Assembly: GCA_016178135.1 (NCBI GenBank)
Contig: JACOTW010000001.1
Coordinates: 228-64,227, forward strand
Direction of reading: 5' to 3'
Length of the DNA stretch: 64,000 nucleotides
Source: Candidatus Saccharimonadota bacterium
GTDB lineage: Bacteria > Patescibacteriota > Saccharimonadia > Saccharimonadales > JACOTW01
Shown here: piece after piece, positions 48,494-58,147 of the stretch
How the letters are laid out: each line of letters opens with the position of its first letter
Position numbering within the stretch: position 1 is the first letter of the stretch
Made by a program: the position numbers and the translations under genes
The notes under the pieces: model-generated
Databases searched by the model: none
What the model saw: only the letters and a program-made list of their open reading frames with translations
Told to the model about the DNA's origin: nothing

Positions 48494-48961
48494 ATGAGTA
48501 AAAGACCTCAAAACGCAACATTAGGACAAAAAGCATTATATAACTCTGGCGCCAAACAACTGGGACCTGACCTTACGGCCGTTTTATCCGATACAGAAGT
48601 CCGCAAAGCAGGCGCGGAACGTTATAGTAGAAGGGTGCTTGGTCTTGTAGCTGTGACGGCCCTAACCGCTATGGGTTCGTATGCTGTGAATAGTAAAAGT
48701 AATGAACAGCAGGGAGACATAGTGAACAATCGGCTTAAAAACATAGGAGTAGTAGCCGAAACTACACCCCAGACGTTGCCAACCATTGTTCATGAAGTCA
48801 AGCCGGGCGAGAATCCTCGAAGTATAGCTGATCAATATAACGCTGATCCTGTTGATGCCGATAACATGGCGAACAGCATTCAGGCACGAGATGGTGTTGA
48901 GGCTCCAAACGGTCAGACATATATACATCCTGGTCAAGAAATCAAAATCACTGGGCGATAG
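48494..48961 (+). CDS. membrane-anchored LysM-domain protein
   Basis: one TM; HEVKPGENPRSIADQY..IHPGQEIKI; stop TAG is the start of an E TIR. Confidence 0.75.
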   Translation: MSKRPQNATLGQKALYNSGAKQLGPDLTAVLSDTEVRKAGAERYSRRVLGLVAVTALTAMGSYAVNSKSNEQQGDIVNNRLKNIGVVAETTPQTLPTIVHEVKPGENPRSIADQYNADPVDADNMANSIQARDGVEAPNGQTYIHPGQEIKITGR

Positions 48962-49040
48962 CCATTCCAAAATGAAATGACTGGTTTTTGAGTGAGTGAT
49001 GGACGACGATAAGTCTAAAAAACTGTTTAGGTAAGTCGAG
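48959..49040 (-). mobile_element. family E fragment plus degenerate A end
   Basis: TAGCCATTCCAAAATGAAATGAC..GAGTGATGGA..AGTCTAAAAA; GGTAAGTCGAG-TATA. Confidence 0.7.
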
Positions 49041-49150
49041 TATAGCGTGCATAGATATCCACAACCCACCACATGTTGTGGTAGGTTGTTTATTATTGAT
49101 AAATCTGTGGATAAAGTGTTGTAAAACACGAAGTAGCATAAATAAAAGAC

Positions 49151-49201
49151 TTGCTAGTGGGTGAGTGTGGGTTGTATACTCAAATTAGTGGGTAATCGTA
49201 G
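49151..49201 (+). promoter_or_regulatory. mraZ promoter with putative MraZ boxes
   Basis: TTGCTA 49151 / TATACT 49175; GTGG at 49157, 49167, 49188 and GTAG 49198 (10-bp spacing within pairs); TGTGGATAA at 49106. Confidence 0.65.
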
Positions 49202-49271
49202 GTAGACCAAAACGATCAACCTAGACGAAAAAAATAAAAAACCACTACATTAAAAAAATACAGGAGACGCG

Positions 49272-49646
49272 GTGGACTACTTTGAACGTAAGCTTGACGA
49301 TAAGCGGCGGTTAACTATACCGACCGAACTTCGTGCTAAGTTTGCGAGCGGAGCAGTGGTAACTCGCGGGTTTGGCCAGTACTTACATCTTTATCCAAAA
49401 GATGTCTGGGACAATCTTGTCGAGCCAAGGCTTGACGGAGATATCCTAGATGAGCGTATTGCTGATCTGAACGTTCAATTCCGGATGGGAAAAACGGATG
49501 CCGAGCCAGATGGCAAACAGGGTAGGATAACTCTGGAACAGCATCTTCTGGACTATGCCAATATTGACCGAGATGTTGTCGCTGTTGGTGTTGGACGTTA
49601 CTGGCGCGTTATGGCCCCCGAAAGCAAGGACGCCAAAGTTCTTTAA
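49272..49646 (+). CDS. mraZ: MraZ transcriptional regulator
   Basis: LDDKRRLTIP..R, DGKQGRITL, VGVG; upstream of rsmH. Confidence 0.9.
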   Translation: MDYFERKLDDKRRLTIPTELRAKFASGAVVTRGFGQYLHLYPKDVWDNLVEPRLDGDILDERIADLNVQFRMGKTDAEPDGKQGRITLEQHLLDYANIDRDVVAVGVGRYWRVMAPESKDAKVL

Positions 49647-49938
49647 AAATTTAATCAATAAACCAAACGGCTCGAGATTAGCTATTTGGCAGTCAACAAG
49701 TGGATTTAAGGCAACCACTCAAAAAACCTTTGTACCTTATCTAAAAACACCTCCCAAAACTCCACCTCACACATAAGTCTCTCAAACTTTTGCCCTAACC
49801 AGTGAAGGAAATCCTATGGACTCACCTCCCTAGACTTCTCTCACACACACGGATAGGGCATACAAAAACAAAAACTTACAATAAAAACAAAAAGTTGGCT
49901 GCTGAATAGGTGACCTTGCAAAAAAAAACAAAAATTGC

Positions 49939-50847
49939 ATGAAAAACACAAACAAAAATAACCAAAATGTTCATATACCAGTTCTGCTGGACGCGGTACT
50001 GACATATTTAGATCCGAAGGAAGGTGAAACATACCTTGACCTGACGGCTGGATATGGCGGTCACGCTCACGCGGTACTGGAACGTACGGGTTCGCACAAT
50101 AAGGCGACTCTAATAGATCGTGATCAGACCGCTGTAGATTATCTTAGTAAACGATTCAGCGGTGTTAATGTTTTGCATCAGGACTTCTTGAGCGCTAGCC
50201 AGGGGTTACTGAAGGCTGGCAAGAAATATGATCTTATTTTGGCGGATTTGGGCGTGTCGTCACAGCACCTTGACGAAGCGAGCCGAGGTTTTAGTTTAAA
50301 GTCGAGTGGCCCACTGGATATGCGCATGGATCCACGACAAGGTCTAACTGCTTACGATATAGTTAATAGCTATAGCGAAACGAAATTAGCTGAACTACTA
50401 AAGCGTTATGGTGAAGAACCAAAAGCGCGTACTATAGCACGGTTAATAGTAGCTCGTCGACCAATTAAAACTACAGAAGAGCTCGCACAAATCGTTAGCT
50501 CTGCCTGGCCAGGACATAGTAGGGTTCATCCGGCAACCAGAACTTTCCAGGCATTAAGGCTGGTAGTCAATAATGAACTGGAATTACTCCAGCAAGCCTT
50601 GCCGATCTGGATAGACCTTCTAGCTTCGGGCGGGCGTATAGCGAGTATTAGCTTTCATAGTTTAGAGGATCGGCTTGTCAAGCAAGCCTTTGCTGAAGCT
50701 AGCGGTAAGCGTTATGATGCCATCCTTAACCTTTTGACAAAAAGACCGGTGATGGGTGACAAAGCAGAAATTGTTTATAATCCGCGAGCTCGAAGTGCTA
50801 AACTTCGTGCCGCAGTTAAAATAAAAACAAATGAAAGGAGAAATTAA
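49939..50847 (+). CDS. rsmH: 16S rRNA m4C1402 methyltransferase
   Basis: HIPVLL, DLTAGYGGH, DLGVSS, PLDMRM, SFHSLEDR, NPRARSAKLR. Confidence 0.97.
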   Translation: MKNTNKNNQNVHIPVLLDAVLTYLDPKEGETYLDLTAGYGGHAHAVLERTGSHNKATLIDRDQTAVDYLSKRFSGVNVLHQDFLSASQGLLKAGKKYDLILADLGVSSQHLDEASRGFSLKSSGPLDMRMDPRQGLTAYDIVNSYSETKLAELLKRYGEEPKARTIARLIVARRPIKTTEELAQIVSSAWPGHSRVHPATRTFQALRLVVNNELELLQQALPIWIDLLASGGRIASISFHSLEDRLVKQAFAEASGKRYDAILNLLTKRPVMGDKAEIVYNPRARSAKLRAAVKIKTNERRN

Positions 50848-50906
50848 TGCCAATTCAGGTAAAAAATCTCTCCAGATCATATAAGGTGAAAGTGCGCGTA
50901 GCGTAA
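50847..50906 (+). CDS. putative 19-aa peptide MPIQVKNLSRSYKVKVRVA
   Basis: SD AAAGGAG 50834-50840; TAATG overlap with the rsmH stop. Confidence 0.45.
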   Translation: MPIQVKNLSRSYKVKVRVA

Positions 50907-50919
50907 ACGATCTTTATAT

Positions 50920-50955
50920 AAAAACCCCCGCATTAACTATTAGCTAATGCGGGGG
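50920..50955. terminator. GC-rich hairpin with U-tract only on the minus strand
   Basis: CCCCCGCATTA..TAATGCGGGGG preceded by AAAAA. Confidence 0.6.
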
Positions 50956-50998
50956 ACAAAGAACCAAACAATAAACATAAACAAAAAACATAAAAATT

Positions 50999-51346
50999 AT
51001 GACATACTCAAATTCAATTGCCATGGGCCGTCAGCGATTTGCTGGCAAAGGTCGTAATACAACTAGTTTCAAGAATAAAGAACGGACTATTGGTCCGGTA
51101 AGTAATACAATCGCACTTATTATATTGGCGTGTTTACTGGGTCTGATGTATCTTACTCAAGTAACTAAAACTAATTCATATGGTTATAAAATTGATGAGC
51201 TACAGACAAAGCATGATTCACTCAAAACCGAACACGATGAACTTGAGGCTACTTCGGCACGTCTCCAGGCCATGGAACGTGTAAGGAGTAGTGAAGTGGC
51301 TAAAAATTTGGCCTCAATCACTCCGACCACTACTGTTTCGAACTAA
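50999..51346 (+). CDS. FtsL-like cell division protein
   Basis: one TM plus coiled coil, between rsmH and the PBP gene. Confidence 0.7.
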   Translation: MTYSNSIAMGRQRFAGKGRNTTSFKNKERTIGPVSNTIALIILACLLGLMYLTQVTKTNSYGYKIDELQTKHDSLKTEHDELEATSARLQAMERVRSSEVAKNLASITPTTTVSN

Positions 51347-51362
51347 TACGCAAGGAGTGTCT

Positions 51363-53159
51363 GTGCAGACCGAAAAACCAAGCACGGTAATAAATATACT
51401 AGGGCGTATACGTGTTTTGTATGCGTTGCTTGTTTTTATCGCGGCCATATTCGTGGTTCGCGCCTTTTATTTACAGGTAATCAAGCATGATTATTATCAA
51501 AAAGCCGCACTTAGTGGACAACTTAAACAGTACGAAATACCCGCAGAGCGCGGAATAATTAAGGTCCATTCTGGTAGCGGGATTGTTCCTATTGTGCTGA
51601 ATGAACCGCGCTATACTTTATTTGCTGATCCTAAATATATTAAAGATCCCAAGGCAACCGCGCTAGTGATTGCCGATACTTTGGGCACTAATGTCAGTGA
51701 GTATGAGGCAAAATTGCAGATGGTTGGTACTCGCTACACCGTACTTGCTAAAAAATTAACTAAAGAGCAGAAACTTAAGATTGATCGTGCGGCCAAAGAT
51801 CGCAATAAAGCTGGTTCGTTATGGAAGGGGATTGGAACGCGAGAGACAGAATATCGTACTTATCCACAGGGCACATTAGCCGCCCAATTATTGGGTTTTG
51901 TCAATGATGCGGGTGAGGGCAAATACGGTATTGAACAATTCATGCATGATGAATTAAAAGGGAAGTCCGGAGAGCTAAAAGCCATAACTGATGCTAGGGG
52001 CGTTCCGTTGGCTGCTAATAAAGATAATCTGGTCAAGGAGCCAATTGCGGGTAAAGATGTGTTGCTAACTATAGATATTGGTATGCAACAACAACTTGAA
52101 GATATCCTAAAAGCCGGATTAGATCAGGCAAAGTCTACATCTGGTGGTGCGCTTATTTTGGAGGCAAACACCGGGGCTATTAAGGCTATGGCAAATTATC
52201 CGACGTATAATCCTGCCGAATTTTTTAAAATTGAAGATGCGAATTTATTTACCAATGGTATTGTCAGCGCACCTCTGGAAGTTGGTTCAATCATGAAGCC
52301 GTTAACTGCGGCTGCGGCAATAGATTTAGGAAAGATCAACAAAGATACCGTATATTTTGATCCGGCGATTTTTAGAATCGATAATGAAGTTGTGAAAAAT
52401 GTTGAAGAAGATGGTGGGCCAGGCAACAGGAGTATCCGGGACATACTACAACTGTCACTTAATACGGGAGCTACCTGGATGCTTATGCAAATGGGCGGTG
52501 GAGAGGTTAATCAGCAGGCAAGAATTGCTTGGCACGACTATATGGTAAATCATTTCCAGTTTGGCAAAAAAACAGGCGTGGAACAGGGTTATGAATCCGC
52601 AGGTTCGGTACCTGATCCATTAAATGGCTATGGGTTGAATATACAATATGCTAACACGGCATTTGGACAGGGCGTAAATATATCGGTACTTCAGACGGCA
52701 GCTGCTTACGCGGCCGTTTTAAACGGCGGAACTTATTATAAACCGTACTTAGTTGATAGGACTATTGACTCAAGTGGCAGGGAAACAGTTAAGCGACCGG
52801 AAATTGTAAAACAAGCTGTCGTCAAGCCAGAGACAAGCAAGGCTATTCAAGAGCTTATGGAATATGTTGTGACGCGTAATTACAGCGGATATAAAATTAC
52901 TAAACCACGTCCTGAATTTATGATTGGCGGCAAAACGGGAACAGCACAAATTACCAAGTCTAATGGTGGCTACTACGACGACCGTTATACGGGTACATTC
53001 GTAGGATTTTTGGGGGGTGATAGTGTGCAGTATATTGTTTTGATTCGGGTTGATAATCCACGAATCGGCGGTTATGCTGGTGCCGGTGCGGCCGCACCCA
53101 TTTTTGGCAAAATGTCCGATATGTTAATAAATAATTCCTACGTAACACCGAAGTTTTGA
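51363..53159 (+). CDS. ftsI: class B penicillin-binding protein (FtsI)
   Basis: RTYPQG, GSIMKP (SxxK), SLN, GKTGTAQ; SD AAGGAG before GTG 51363. Confidence 0.92.
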   Translation: MQTEKPSTVINILGRIRVLYALLVFIAAIFVVRAFYLQVIKHDYYQKAALSGQLKQYEIPAERGIIKVHSGSGIVPIVLNEPRYTLFADPKYIKDPKATALVIADTLGTNVSEYEAKLQMVGTRYTVLAKKLTKEQKLKIDRAAKDRNKAGSLWKGIGTRETEYRTYPQGTLAAQLLGFVNDAGEGKYGIEQFMHDELKGKSGELKAITDARGVPLAANKDNLVKEPIAGKDVLLTIDIGMQQQLEDILKAGLDQAKSTSGGALILEANTGAIKAMANYPTYNPAEFFKIEDANLFTNGIVSAPLEVGSIMKPLTAAAAIDLGKINKDTVYFDPAIFRIDNEVVKNVEEDGGPGNRSIRDILQLSLNTGATWMLMQMGGGEVNQQARIAWHDYMVNHFQFGKKTGVEQGYESAGSVPDPLNGYGLNIQYANTAFGQGVNISVLQTAAAYAAVLNGGTYYKPYLVDRTIDSSGRETVKRPEIVKQAVVKPETSKAIQELMEYVVTRNYSGYKITKPRPEFMIGGKTGTAQITKSNGGYYDDRYTGTFVGFLGGDSVQYIVLIRVDNPRIGGYAGAGAAAPIFGKMSDMLINNSYVTPKF

Positions 53160-53218
53160 CTTACATATATGAGGGCTCTTAACAGAACAAATACTTAAAA
53201 TAAGGTATAATTAGCTAT

Positions 53219-54259
53219 ATGTCGCAAACATTAAATATTGCAATTCAAACAAATACTCTAACTCGGATTTTAATTTTGGCCTGTGCCAGTTTTGCATTAA
53301 GCATGGTTATTACTCCGGTATACACGACATTAGCTTATCGCTATAAATGGTGGAAGCGACAACGTACAGAAAGTTGGAGTGGCGGTTTGGCCACTGTTTA
53401 TCATAAACTACACGAAAAAAAACATCGACGTAACATACCAACTATGGCGGGTACGATATTTGTTGCCAGTATTGCTTTTGTAACTTTGGCAGGTAATTTA
53501 AGTCGCAGTGAAACTTGGTTGCCACTGGCCGGCATGGTTGGGGCGGGAGCTATTGGGTTAATTGATGACTGGCTAAATATTCGCGGTAAAAATAGCAATA
53601 TAGCTGGCATGCGGGCAAAAATTAAGTTTTCATTGCACACGGTTGTAGCTCTAATTGGTGGCTTGTGGTTTTATTACAAATTGGATGTTTCCAGTGTGAA
53701 TGTGCCAGGTATGGGCGATTGGCATATCGGTCTACTGATTATTCCACTTTTTATGTTAGTAGTTATTGCTACGGCTAATGCCGTCAATATTACGGATGGT
53801 CTAGATGGTCTTGCCGGCGGATTACTGACATCATCTTTTGCTACCTATGCAATGATTGCCACACTCCAGGGAAAATATTTTTTGGCAGGTTTTTGCCTGA
53901 CAGTAGTCGGCGCGTTGCTTAGTTACACGTGGTTTAACATTTTTCCGGCACGGTTTTTTATGGGTGACGTAGGATCATTCGCGCTTGGTACGGCACTGGG
54001 CATCATTGCTATGCAAACTGATACGATTTTCTTATTACCAATAATCGGTATAATATATGTTGCTGAAACAGGTTCGGTGATTATTAACAGGCTTTCCAAA
54101 AAACTGCGTCATGGCAAAAAAGTATTCTTATCTTCACCGATTCATCATCATTTTGAAGCTATTGGTTGGCCCGAACCAAAAATAACAATGCGCTTTTGGG
54201 TTATGGGTCAAGTGGCAGCTGTACTGGGTCTTATTCTATTCGTTCTAGGGAGGCTCTAA
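53219..54259 (+). CDS. mraY: phospho-N-acetylmuramoyl-pentapeptide transferase
   Basis: PTMAG, IDD, NAVNITDGLDGL, FMGDVGS, PIHHHFE. Confidence 0.97.
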   Translation: MSQTLNIAIQTNTLTRILILACASFALSMVITPVYTTLAYRYKWWKRQRTESWSGGLATVYHKLHEKKHRRNIPTMAGTIFVASIAFVTLAGNLSRSETWLPLAGMVGAGAIGLIDDWLNIRGKNSNIAGMRAKIKFSLHTVVALIGGLWFYYKLDVSSVNVPGMGDWHIGLLIIPLFMLVVIATANAVNITDGLDGLAGGLLTSSFATYAMIATLQGKYFLAGFCLTVVGALLSYTWFNIFPARFFMGDVGSFALGTALGIIAMQTDTIFLLPIIGIIYVAETGSVIINRLSKKLRHGKKVFLSSPIHHHFEAIGWPEPKITMRFWVMGQVAAVLGLILFVLGRL

Positions 54260-55494
54260 TGGCTTGGAGTGATAGGGGCCGTCGTCAGCCCGCGGTTCTT
54301 TCGCGCGGTATGGTCAATCAACGCCGTCACAAACCTGATTATCAGATACTCTTACTAAGCTCAATACTGCTGTCTATTGGACTTATTGTCGTATATGCTA
54401 TTAGCCCTGGGCTGGCCTCTCAAAAACAAGTAAGTGATAACTACTATATCGGTAAACAAGTGATGGCCATTTTACTGGGTGTTGTGGCTTTTTTGATTAT
54501 GGCTAATGTTCCTGTCAGGACATGGCAACGCTTGCAGCGACCCTTAATAATAGTAGCTACAGCTATTACTATCATGGCTTTAGTGTTGCCGGCAAGTATT
54601 GATTATCCGGCACATCGTTGGATACGATTCGCTGGATTCTCTCTACAGTCTGTAGAGTTTATTAAATTTACGCTTTTAATTTGTTTGGCGAGCTTTTTGT
54701 CTAATAAGGCTCAAAACGGACAAATGGCTGATAAAAATACCATGAAACCTTTGCTTGTAGTTCTAGGGTTACTGGGAGCAGTGGTGGGACTAGCGCAGAA
54801 AGATTTTGGGTCAGCTGCCGTAATAGTTGCTATTGTAGCAACTATGAGTTTTATAGCTGGACTTCCAATCAAGCGCGTATTACTTACGGCCGTATTGATA
54901 GTTGTCGCTTCAATGTTACTAATTTTGCCGTTTTCTTATCGGAGAGACAGAGTCCTAAATTTCATACACCCTGAACAAAATTGCCTGACTAGCGGTTATC
55001 AGGCTTGTCAGGCATTGATAGCGGTTGGTTCCGGGGGTTTATTCGGTAAAGGCCTAGCTCATAGTGTTCAGGCTTATGGCTATCTGCCAGAGGCAGCCAA
55101 CGACTCTATTTTTGCTATCTTTGCCGAAAAATTTGGTTTTGTAGGGGTAACAATCTTGATAGTATTTTTTATGGCACTTTTTACCAGGCTCAAGAATATT
55201 ATGGAGCGCACCTCTGATACGTTCAGTCGTTTAATAGTTACTGGAATTATGGCATGGATAAGCGTACAGGTAATTATTAACATTGGGGCGATGATGGGAC
55301 TTTTACCGCTAAAAGGCATTACATTACCCTTTGTTAGTTATGGTGGCACAAGTGTTCTTTTTGTAATGGCGGTTATTGGCCTGGCATTTAATATTTCACG
55401 CTACACGAACTACACGTCCTTATCTGAAGTATCGCCATCACGCAAAAAAGAAACAGGCTACGCGCTTAATTACTCTACCAGGAGACCATCATGA
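54259..55494 (+). CDS. ftsW: SEDS peptidoglycan glycosyltransferase FtsW
   Basis: RWI..SLQSVEFIK, KDFG, GSGGLFGKG, YLPEAANDSIF, GITLPFVSYGGTS. Confidence 0.93.
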   Translation: MAWSDRGRRQPAVLSRGMVNQRRHKPDYQILLLSSILLSIGLIVVYAISPGLASQKQVSDNYYIGKQVMAILLGVVAFLIMANVPVRTWQRLQRPLIIVATAITIMALVLPASIDYPAHRWIRFAGFSLQSVEFIKFTLLICLASFLSNKAQNGQMADKNTMKPLLVVLGLLGAVVGLAQKDFGSAAVIVAIVATMSFIAGLPIKRVLLTAVLIVVASMLLILPFSYRRDRVLNFIHPEQNCLTSGYQACQALIAVGSGGLFGKGLAHSVQAYGYLPEAANDSIFAIFAEKFGFVGVTILIVFFMALFTRLKNIMERTSDTFSRLIVTGIMAWISVQVIINIGAMMGLLPLKGITLPFVSYGGTSVLFVMAVIGLAFNISRYTNYTSLSEVSPSRKKETGYALNYSTRRPS

Positions 55495-56678
55495 CAATAT
55501 TGCTCACTGGTGGTGGATCGGGTGGTCATATTACGCCAATTCTGGCCGTTGCTGAAGAGCTTAAAGCCATCAAGCCCGACTGCAAGATTGTGTATATTGG
55601 AGAGCGTAGTGGTAAATTTGCATCCTTAACGAAGGAACATACTGCGATCGATGAGATATATACGATTTTTGCTGGTAAGTTTCGTCGATATCACGGTCAG
55701 TCATGGATTGATCGATTATTTGACGTAAAAACCAACGCATTAAACATGCGCGATGCTATCTATGTTGTTCTTGGCTTGGTTCAGAGTCTTCGATTACTTA
55801 GGCAGATAAAACCCAACGTCATTTTACTTAAAGGCGGCTTCGTAGGGGTACCAATAGGCTTAGCTGCTGCATGTGGACGCAGACCCTTTATGACACACGA
55901 TTCAGATGCTCTGCCTGGACTTGCTAATCGTTTGGTAAGTCGATGGGCAAGCTTACATGCTACAGCCCTATCGGCAGAATATTATCCTTATACTGTGACA
56001 AAAATTCGCCCAGTTGGTGTTCTGGTTGAGCCTAATTATCAGCCCGTTACGCCAGAGTTGCAGAAGCAATACAAACACGCGCTAGGTATACCAGAAGATG
56101 CCCCGATGCTTTTGATTACGGGTGGCAGTTCGGGGGCGGAGCGAATCAATCAAGCAATAACGAAGCTAATAGACAGCTTGCTTTCTGAACAGTCTAAACT
56201 TTACGTTTTTCATCAGGTAGGGAAGGGTAAAATGAGTGTATACAGCAATTATACTCATGAGCGTCTACGCGTAGTTGAGTTTCTAAAGCCAATGTATCAA
56301 TATATGGGTGCGGCTGACTTGGTAGTTTGCCGAGCAAGTGGCAATACACTGGCTGAACTGGGCATACAGGGCAAGGCAGTGATCGCCATACCGAACCCCG
56401 ATCTTACGGGCGGACATCAGCTTAAAAATGCGCAGCGACTGCAAGAACAACAAGCCGCAGTCGTTATTTATGAAAAAGAGTTGAATAATTCACAACAACA
56501 TCTATTTGATGCTATTGTTGAGTTACTTGGCGATCGGAGCGCTCGCAAGAAGCTTGGATTAACATTGCAATCAATCACTAAAAAGGGTGCCGCTAAAAAG
56601 CTGGCTTTGCTATTATTAGAGATAGCAAACAAAAAACAAGATGTTCAAACACAAGACTTCACAACAACCGCGTCGTAA
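55491..56678 (+). CDS. murG: MurG glycosyltransferase
   Basis: TGGGSGGHITP, KGGFV, GGSSGA, HQLKNA. Confidence 0.95.
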   Translation: MTILLTGGGSGGHITPILAVAEELKAIKPDCKIVYIGERSGKFASLTKEHTAIDEIYTIFAGKFRRYHGQSWIDRLFDVKTNALNMRDAIYVVLGLVQSLRLLRQIKPNVILLKGGFVGVPIGLAAACGRRPFMTHDSDALPGLANRLVSRWASLHATALSAEYYPYTVTKIRPVGVLVEPNYQPVTPELQKQYKHALGIPEDAPMLLITGGSSGAERINQAITKLIDSLLSEQSKLYVFHQVGKGKMSVYSNYTHERLRVVEFLKPMYQYMGAADLVVCRASGNTLAELGIQGKAVIAIPNPDLTGGHQLKNAQRLQEQQAAVVIYEKELNNSQQHLFDAIVELLGDRSARKKLGLTLQSITKKGAAKKLALLLLEIANKKQDVQTQDFTTTAS

Positions 56679-57537
56679 GCCTGTTGAAGGCCAATCTGCC
56701 AGTGCGTTTACATATTATGCTAGTCGTTCTCGTACGGAAGTACCTACTGGCCGACAGGTCGGACAGTCTATCAACCCAAAAAAACACCAATGGTGGCATC
56801 ATCTACCTACTTTTTTGGCTGCTTTGATTATGATTGTTTGTGCTGGCTATGTATTGACCCTTAATACGAGTCCGCGAGTGGTCTTGTTCTCTGACGCGGA
56901 TGGACGGTATTTGCTTAGGAGTCTCAACACCTATCAAAAAGCCACGAATCAAATTATCAAAAAATCAATATTTAATCGTACAAAACTTACCATTAACACT
57001 AATCGGCTTGCAAAGGAGTTAAAAAATCAATTTCCAGAACTGGGCGAAGTATCTGTAACTATTCCGTTAACTGCCAGACGGCTTGTTTTGGAAATCGAAC
57101 CAACTAGACCTGCCTTAAATCTTAATACTAAGAATGGTGTTTTTGTAATTGATCAGACTGGCAGGGCAGTCATTGGACTAATGGATGTGCCAAAAAAGAG
57201 TAATTTGTCAGTCCAGACCGTAAATGATGACAGTGGTTTAAAAATTGAGGTCGGAGACGTTGCTTTATCGGCTAAAACAGTCAGATTCATCCAAGAGGTT
57301 GCAGTTCAGCTACAGGATAAGAAGCTAACCGTATCATCTATGACGCTACCGGTCATTGCCAATGAGTTGCACGTTCGCATAGGCACTCAACCGTATTTTA
57401 TAAAGTTTAATCTTGAGGCACCACCAAGAGGGCAGGCGGGTACTTATTTAGCAGTCAAGCAACGACTCGAAGCTGATGGTATAATTCCGGCCGAATATAT
57501 TGATGTTCGCATCGAAGAGCGAGCCTATTATAGATAG
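56641..57537 (+). CDS. FtsQ/DivIB-like protein
   Basis: one TM, POTRA-like region, C-terminal EYIDVR. Confidence 0.7.
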   Translation: MFKHKTSQQPRRKPVEGQSASAFTYYASRSRTEVPTGRQVGQSINPKKHQWWHHLPTFLAALIMIVCAGYVLTLNTSPRVVLFSDADGRYLLRSLNTYQKATNQIIKKSIFNRTKLTINTNRLAKELKNQFPELGEVSVTIPLTARRLVLEIEPTRPALNLNTKNGVFVIDQTGRAVIGLMDVPKKSNLSVQTVNDDSGLKIEVGDVALSAKTVRFIQEVAVQLQDKKLTVSSMTLPVIANELHVRIGTQPYFIKFNLEAPPRGQAGTYLAVKQRLEADGIIPAEYIDVRIEERAYYR

Positions 57538-57558
57538 GACTCTCCTATCACTCTCTCC

Positions 57559-58144
57559 ATGTTCGTATTTTGTACGGGTACGCTAAACCCCTAATATTTT
57601 GCAAAAAAACTATACAAACATACAAAAAAGGGCAAAAGTCAAAAAAGGTATAGTAGAGGCTGCAGGGCAGGATATATACAAATAATATAAAATGCTCAAA
57701 AAAGCAAATGTTTTCACGGTTAAGTTGTGGAAAAGTCAAGCGCGCCGAATATCACAACGACAAGCACAATACTTTGGTCTGGGGATGAGAGAGCTTTGTA
57801 TAAGTTCAGTAGAAAACCGCAAGCATAACGACAGTGTAGGATTCGTAATTTTCATGACCAACGGTTCAATAGTCCCCTACAGAAGATGTATAGGCGCCAC
57901 TCTTTAATCGTCCATGATAATATATAGCGAGTCGTAAAATATACATTGTACGACATCTAATGCGTGTCTGCGTTTGATGCCCTGCCGCCATGCTTATGTC
58001 TGGGTTTTTTGTAGATTATTAGTTGCAAACTTTAAATATTGGCTTGCTTACCCTACTAGCCAGGTCAAATGACTTGAATTTTCAAGTTTAGCTGTAACCA
58101 GCTGTTTGTTCCATGGCTGGTTATCTAATGTTCGTATTTTGTAC
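57559..58144. repeat. 17-bp direct repeat bracketing a non-coding segment
   Basis: ATGTTCGTATTTTGTAC at 57559-57575 and 58128-58144; reverse A fragment at 57776-57809. Confidence 0.75.
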
Positions 58145-58147
58145 AGT

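Noticed and set aside
49056..49114. oriC from DnaA-like boxes (also 57726, 59369, 63500)
   Set aside because: Only isolated boxes, with no dense cluster and no dnaA/dnaN nearby.
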